Of a stretch of 39,933 nt of DNA, positions 35,566 through 39,933 are shown piece after piece (within the stretch, counting starts at the first letter, position 1; every line of letters begins with the position of its first letter). Source of the stretch: Nemertoderma westbladi (taxonomy: Eukaryota; Animalia; Xenacoelomorpha). The stretch lies in contig JAUCBJ010003080.1 in assembly GCA_032718475.1 (NCBI GenBank), positions 1 to 39,933 on the forward strand, given 5' to 3'. Both the position numbers and the translations under genes were made by a program. The notes under the pieces were generated by a model. That model was not told the DNA's origin, ran no database searches, and saw only the letters and a list, made by a program, of their open reading frames with translations.

Positions 35566-38211
35566 ATGGATATTGATACTGTCACAAATAATATTAAACG
35601 GTTGGTGGAAGACTTGACTCATATACGCATATGCTCATATATTTCAGTCGATGACATCCTTTATCAGCTATTGGGGAATCTTCTTACCATTGATGAAATT
35701 GGGCGGATTAAGTCTGAAAAAGTAAGCAGTGCTAAAGTAATTGCCTTATTAAACACACTACTAAAAAAACTAGAAGGGAAAGATTCCAAACAAAAAAAGG
35801 AAATACTGGAAGTATTCATTCATATTTTGAAGGCAAGTCCACCGCATGCATATATTGCAAATCAGTTAGAGACCGGCTTAATTGGGGATGATTGTGATTT
35901 TGCCTACAAAAGAGCCCTGCTAAAAATGTCCTCAAACTTAGTAGAGCAATGTGATCCCAAAGATATGTTGATATTTTTTAAGCAGCACGGGGTATTCGGA
36001 TCAAGAACCCTGGAACTGATAGAGTATACACCTTCTTGGGAAGCAACCGATTGTATAATTGAACACCTTCTAGATTGTGCGCCTGGGTGGCAAGAATCTC
36101 TCAAAGAGGCATTAACTAGTCACCGCATAGATCAGGGACATTTATGGGACAAATTATATGAAATCTATGAAGAAGAGCTTAAAAACATACGTCAAAGAAA
36201 AGATAAATTTACAGAGTTCGTTTTTCCAACATTATCTGAACAACCATTATCTGTAACTGCAGATGTTAGTGAATCTGAGGTGGTTGTGCCTCACATTCAA
36301 CAAACAAATATAATTCCACTTCAACCTGATCTGAGTTCTGGCTATCTTGAGCCACTCGATTACCTTGGCGAATTTTATGTTGATGACTTAGAATTTCTAC
36401 AAAATATTACCGAAAATCTAATTACAAAAGGTGATAATATATCTAAAATTATTGACATAGTTAATTGCGTGTTATGTTGTGACACACCATCATCAGTAGA
36501 TCAACTTACAGATCTATCAGATATAAATCTCAAAATTAGCAACCTAAAGGGTATATTGAAGAATTTAATTGAGAAAAGAATTCATTTATTGTTGAATAAC
36601 GACTTCTTTTTTGAAATGTATTTAAAAAAATTGAAAGATGCCATTCAAATAACAGCATTTCGCTTGTTCGCTGACGTTGCTGCAAGCTCGAACTCAAAGT
36701 TACGTACTGATTTTATAATATGCCGTACAAACTTTGAAGGTTTAATTTCGAGGTTATTATCCGGGGATATTAACTGTAAGTGGATGGGAGATGCAGGGAT
36801 CATGGATGATGAGCATATAGAGACGTTATGCAAGATGTTGGCTCGTTTGGAAGTCTGTGATAGATTCAACGATTCAAATGACCAAGATAAAATCAATTTT
36901 GGTGACATTAATAGGCTTCGTCAACTTATTATTGTTGATGATTCTAGTTCAACTCAGATTGTTAGTGAAAGTTTCTCTCATTTATTTAATTTCCGTTTCT
37001 GCCGAATGTTAAGCGATACTATTAAAGATTTAGAGAGTAACGAGGATTTGAAGGGATCTGATGTGACGAGTTACAGGAATGATTTGATTGTAATAGCCAC
37101 CAGTGCTGATATAGCGAAGAAGAAGATTGAGAGTATTATGAAATCTTTGCCAATGATAATAAATCATAATACGGAATGGAAGTTATTTAAATTTGTTGGC
37201 GATCAATTAGAAAAAATTGATAATATTAAGTCAACAAAGTACAAGTACACTATAATTGTGGAGAAGTTCCATGAATCTATTATAACATTGAGAAATAGCG
37301 ATATCGATCGATGCATCGACATTCCAAACCATCCTGATGATTGTGATATTCCATCCTCTACGTTTAAAGATAGAGAAAACGAATTTTTAAATTTCTTCCA
37401 AAAGTACTGTTATAGTTGTGAAAGTTGGCTTGGAATTTCAAAATCGAAACGCAAAGAAATTGCAAACAAGCACGTTGATGAGTTGAAAATTTTCTTTCAC
37501 ATAAATCAAAACATCCCCAATGATATTATGTTCACTGATTTAGGAGACAGACATTGCCCAATAATATCACAAATTAATTCTTACAAGTTATCTTTGCGGA
37601 ATATGATCAAACGATTTCTACCCTCGCTACTCATTTGTGTTGCCTTCAACATGGGGAAGAAATACAACACTAAATCCTTTACTGACCTCGCGAATATTGT
37701 TGAGAAACTACCAAAGGAGGTAATCGAAAAGGAAATGAGAGCCATAAAGGATAGAGTGAAAACGGCACCTTTGTTAGGGAAAAAAACAAAGCTGATTGTG
37801 TACTTAGAAGTAAATCCAAAGTTAGAACGTTCCGCACACTATGATGATCCTAATCTAACTTTAGACCAGATATCGATTATAACGAAGTATCGTTTGGGCG
37901 ACACTAATCTCCGTAATGAGGTTGGCCGTTATCCCGGAAAAAACGCCGACGATAGAATCTGTCTCTATTGCGATGAGAAACAACCGGAAGATATCAAACA
38001 TTTCCTGTTTGGATGTCCTAGTTACGATGATTTGAGAGGTAAATACAAAGAGAAGGGGATTTTCTTTGATCCCACTTCCAAAAGTCAACTCGATTCAATG
38101 TTTAATAAAACAGATTTTATTCTATTGGCTGATTTTTTAAAAGAAATGGAAGAGCGAAGAGATGAAATGTTTAAACAGATTCCTATTGCGGAAGGCGAAT
38201 TTGTGACCTAG
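35566..38211 (+). CDS. 881-aa protein: tandem CARD-like (RIG-I 2CARD-type) N-terminus, helical middle, and LINE-ORF2-like C-terminal CCHC zinc-binding domain; single uninterrupted ORF
   Basis: A 2646-bp ORF. Residues ~5-103 and ~112-198 show death-fold spacing (ILYQL..LLTIDEIGRI...KVIALLNTL; YKRALLKM...LVEQCDPKDML...ATDCIIEHLL...GWQESLKEAL...LW). Residues ~739-870 read KL.VY...ITKYRLGDTNLRNEVGRY...RICLYC...EDIKHFLFGCPSYDDLR. Confidence 0.82.
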   Translation: MDIDTVTNNIKRLVEDLTHIRICSYISVDDILYQLLGNLLTIDEIGRIKSEKVSSAKVIALLNTLLKKLEGKDSKQKKEILEVFIHILKASPPHAYIANQLETGLIGDDCDFAYKRALLKMSSNLVEQCDPKDMLIFFKQHGVFGSRTLELIEYTPSWEATDCIIEHLLDCAPGWQESLKEALTSHRIDQGHLWDKLYEIYEEELKNIRQRKDKFTEFVFPTLSEQPLSVTADVSESEVVVPHIQQTNIIPLQPDLSSGYLEPLDYLGEFYVDDLEFLQNITENLITKGDNISKIIDIVNCVLCCDTPSSVDQLTDLSDINLKISNLKGILKNLIEKRIHLLLNNDFFFEMYLKKLKDAIQITAFRLFADVAASSNSKLRTDFIICRTNFEGLISRLLSGDINCKWMGDAGIMDDEHIETLCKMLARLEVCDRFNDSNDQDKINFGDINRLRQLIIVDDSSSTQIVSESFSHLFNFRFCRMLSDTIKDLESNEDLKGSDVTSYRNDLIVIATSADIAKKKIESIMKSLPMIINHNTEWKLFKFVGDQLEKIDNIKSTKYKYTIIVEKFHESIITLRNSDIDRCIDIPNHPDDCDIPSSTFKDRENEFLNFFQKYCYSCESWLGISKSKRKEIANKHVDELKIFFHINQNIPNDIMFTDLGDRHCPIISQINSYKLSLRNMIKRFLPSLLICVAFNMGKKYNTKSFTDLANIVEKLPKEVIEKEMRAIKDRVKTAPLLGKKTKLIVYLEVNPKLERSAHYDDPNLTLDQISIITKYRLGDTNLRNEVGRYPGKNADDRICLYCDEKQPEDIKHFLFGCPSYDDLRGKYKEKGIFFDPTSKSQLDSMFNKTDFILLADFLKEMEERRDEMFKQIPIAEGEFVT

Positions 38212-38982
38212 GTAGTTAAAGTTTGTAAATGTTCTTCGATGAAAAATTTGTTTGTAAAGAAGCTATTGTTATCACTATTATCTACCGAGATTTGCATTTT
38301 CTTTCTGGGTGTACCGGTACCGCTATATATTAAACCTTACATGAGTTGGCTGGTTTTTATAGCAACATACACCAACGCGAATATCTGAATTGCGGTGAAC
38401 TGAAACTAGTGGATGAAAATTATTTACTAAACATTTTTTTTATTGAATACAATCTCAAAAATCATAGTTTTTTAAATTTCGTTTCATTTTCTGCACCACA
38501 AAACAAATGATTTTGAAAAATATATGCCAATTTAATGAAGTTTCTTAAAGTCGTGATAAAACATTCTGACACTAAAATGGATAGTTCTAAATTAGAAGTT
38601 ATTGGGGTATTTCGAAATTATAAATACACCAATAAAACACCTCGAAAACAGTGAAAATTTGGATTGCACTTCAACACTTTACAGATTACGGGATTATCCT
38701 ACCCTAACAATACACCAATTGAATAATACAGTAATTCCTTCCGGTTGTGCCAGTACTCAGCGGTTTGGTGTATAATTTTAGATTCTTTCGATATATTTTT
38801 AGCGGCATATAAGTTATATTAGTAGTGTTTTCTCCTAGGATGTGCTGTGCGAGGAGTACATTTAGGATTATCAATTACTTAGAATATTACATGTGTTAAA
38901 ATTCCTGCCTCTCAATATTTTCACTGTTTCCGGATTTTTTACAGTGTTTTCCTTGTATTTTATTGTTTTCCTAATTTGGAAC

Positions 38983-39419
38983 TAGGAAATGACCGGGTCT
39001 GGAATATTCGCCACGGGCCGGGGTCGGATTTTTCCCATGTTTAATAATGCTTGGGTTATTAATATTAATATTGTTCAATTTATGCTCAAAGATTTTCCAA
39101 TACATTGTTATATTTATAAAAAGTAATGGTATAAAAATGTTATGTTGTATTACTATACAGTTATTATAACAATAATAAAATAGGCATGATGAAAAGAGAG
39201 TGCAAATTACCGGTACGATCATTTCATAATAAATTAATAATGTCTTAATAGGGAGATAATATTGAGGTAAATAAATAATTGGCCAGATATCTATTTTCAT
39301 TGGCCAGGTTCTAAATTTATTTTTATTTCTTATTGCTTGGGAGTGGGTAGAAAAAATACAAAAAAAGTTAAATTTTTTTAAGTAAACCCGGCATTTTAAA
39401 GGGCCCCGGTCGTTTCCTA
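38983..39419. mobile_element. Possible MITE with 15-bp TIRs
   Basis: TAGGAAATGACCGGG (38983-38997) pairs with CCCGGTCGTTTCCTA (39405-39419) at 14/15; the interior is AT-rich. Confidence 0.45.
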
Positions 39420-39933
39420 TTTAGAACTACAATTAGTTTTTAAAGTATTTCTTGTATTGCCCCCGCCGTCGCCAGAAAACAAAACATTGTTACAGTAGAT
39501 TAAAGATATAGAGGGGGTCGTATTGCTTGTGGTCATTGTTCGCATCGTAAAGTGCTAAGCTTCGCCCTTTGTATTACAAAAGTGCTATTTTATTTTACAA
39601 TAACCTCTTATAGATTTGTTAATTTTTATTTACTAATATTTGGAATGATATCTTGTGTTTACTGTTAACTGGAGATCCCCTATTTCCTACTATATTTTTT
39701 TAATTTTCCAGAACATGTAAATTTTTGATTTTAAATGATTTTTTTTCCATATATATGTAAAATATTTTTTATTCTAGATCATGTAAAAAATGTGTAACCA
39801 CCAACCGGTCATGGCCTTTTCACTATTAATAATTATAGTAATATTTAGGAATATTTAATGAAAGTCATATCCTTTTTATTTTATGTAATTAATTACAGTT
39901 ACTGTAACAACCGTAAATAATTTTACACTTAGC

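Noticed and set aside
35566-38211. Calling this gene RIG-I/DDX58 or MDA5, or an autonomous LINE
   Set aside because: It has no helicase Walker A or DECH motifs, and no RT (YADD) or APE endonuclease motifs.

Overview
This is eukaryotic, AT-rich, repeat-dense DNA, most likely from an invertebrate animal. It has no prokaryotic operons, rRNA or CRISPR array. Three long uninterrupted + strand ORFs dominate the window. (1) An 815-aa orphan, Cys-rich and low-complexity (9124-11571). (2) A clear AMBRA1 homologue of 1476 aa with a split WD40 propeller and no introns in the CDS (26395-30825). (3) An 881-aa protein (35566-38211) with two RIG-I-type CARD-like domains at the N-terminus and no helicase. 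Its C-terminus resembles the CCHC zinc-binding tail of LINE ORF2 and is fused in frame, which makes it the strongest novelty candidate. The window opens with a probable terminal exon encoding a Myb/SANT-like domain, followed by a ~3-kb 30-bp minisatellite and a palindromic binding-site-like array. The rest is a mosaic of transposon relics: RTE and CRE retrotransposon fragments, a tRNA-headed SINE, a decayed pogo transposase, a hAT element with an 8-bp TSD, TTAA-flanked Kolobok-like elements, several foldback elements and tandem repeats. All homology calls come from motif recognition by eye; no database search was run.
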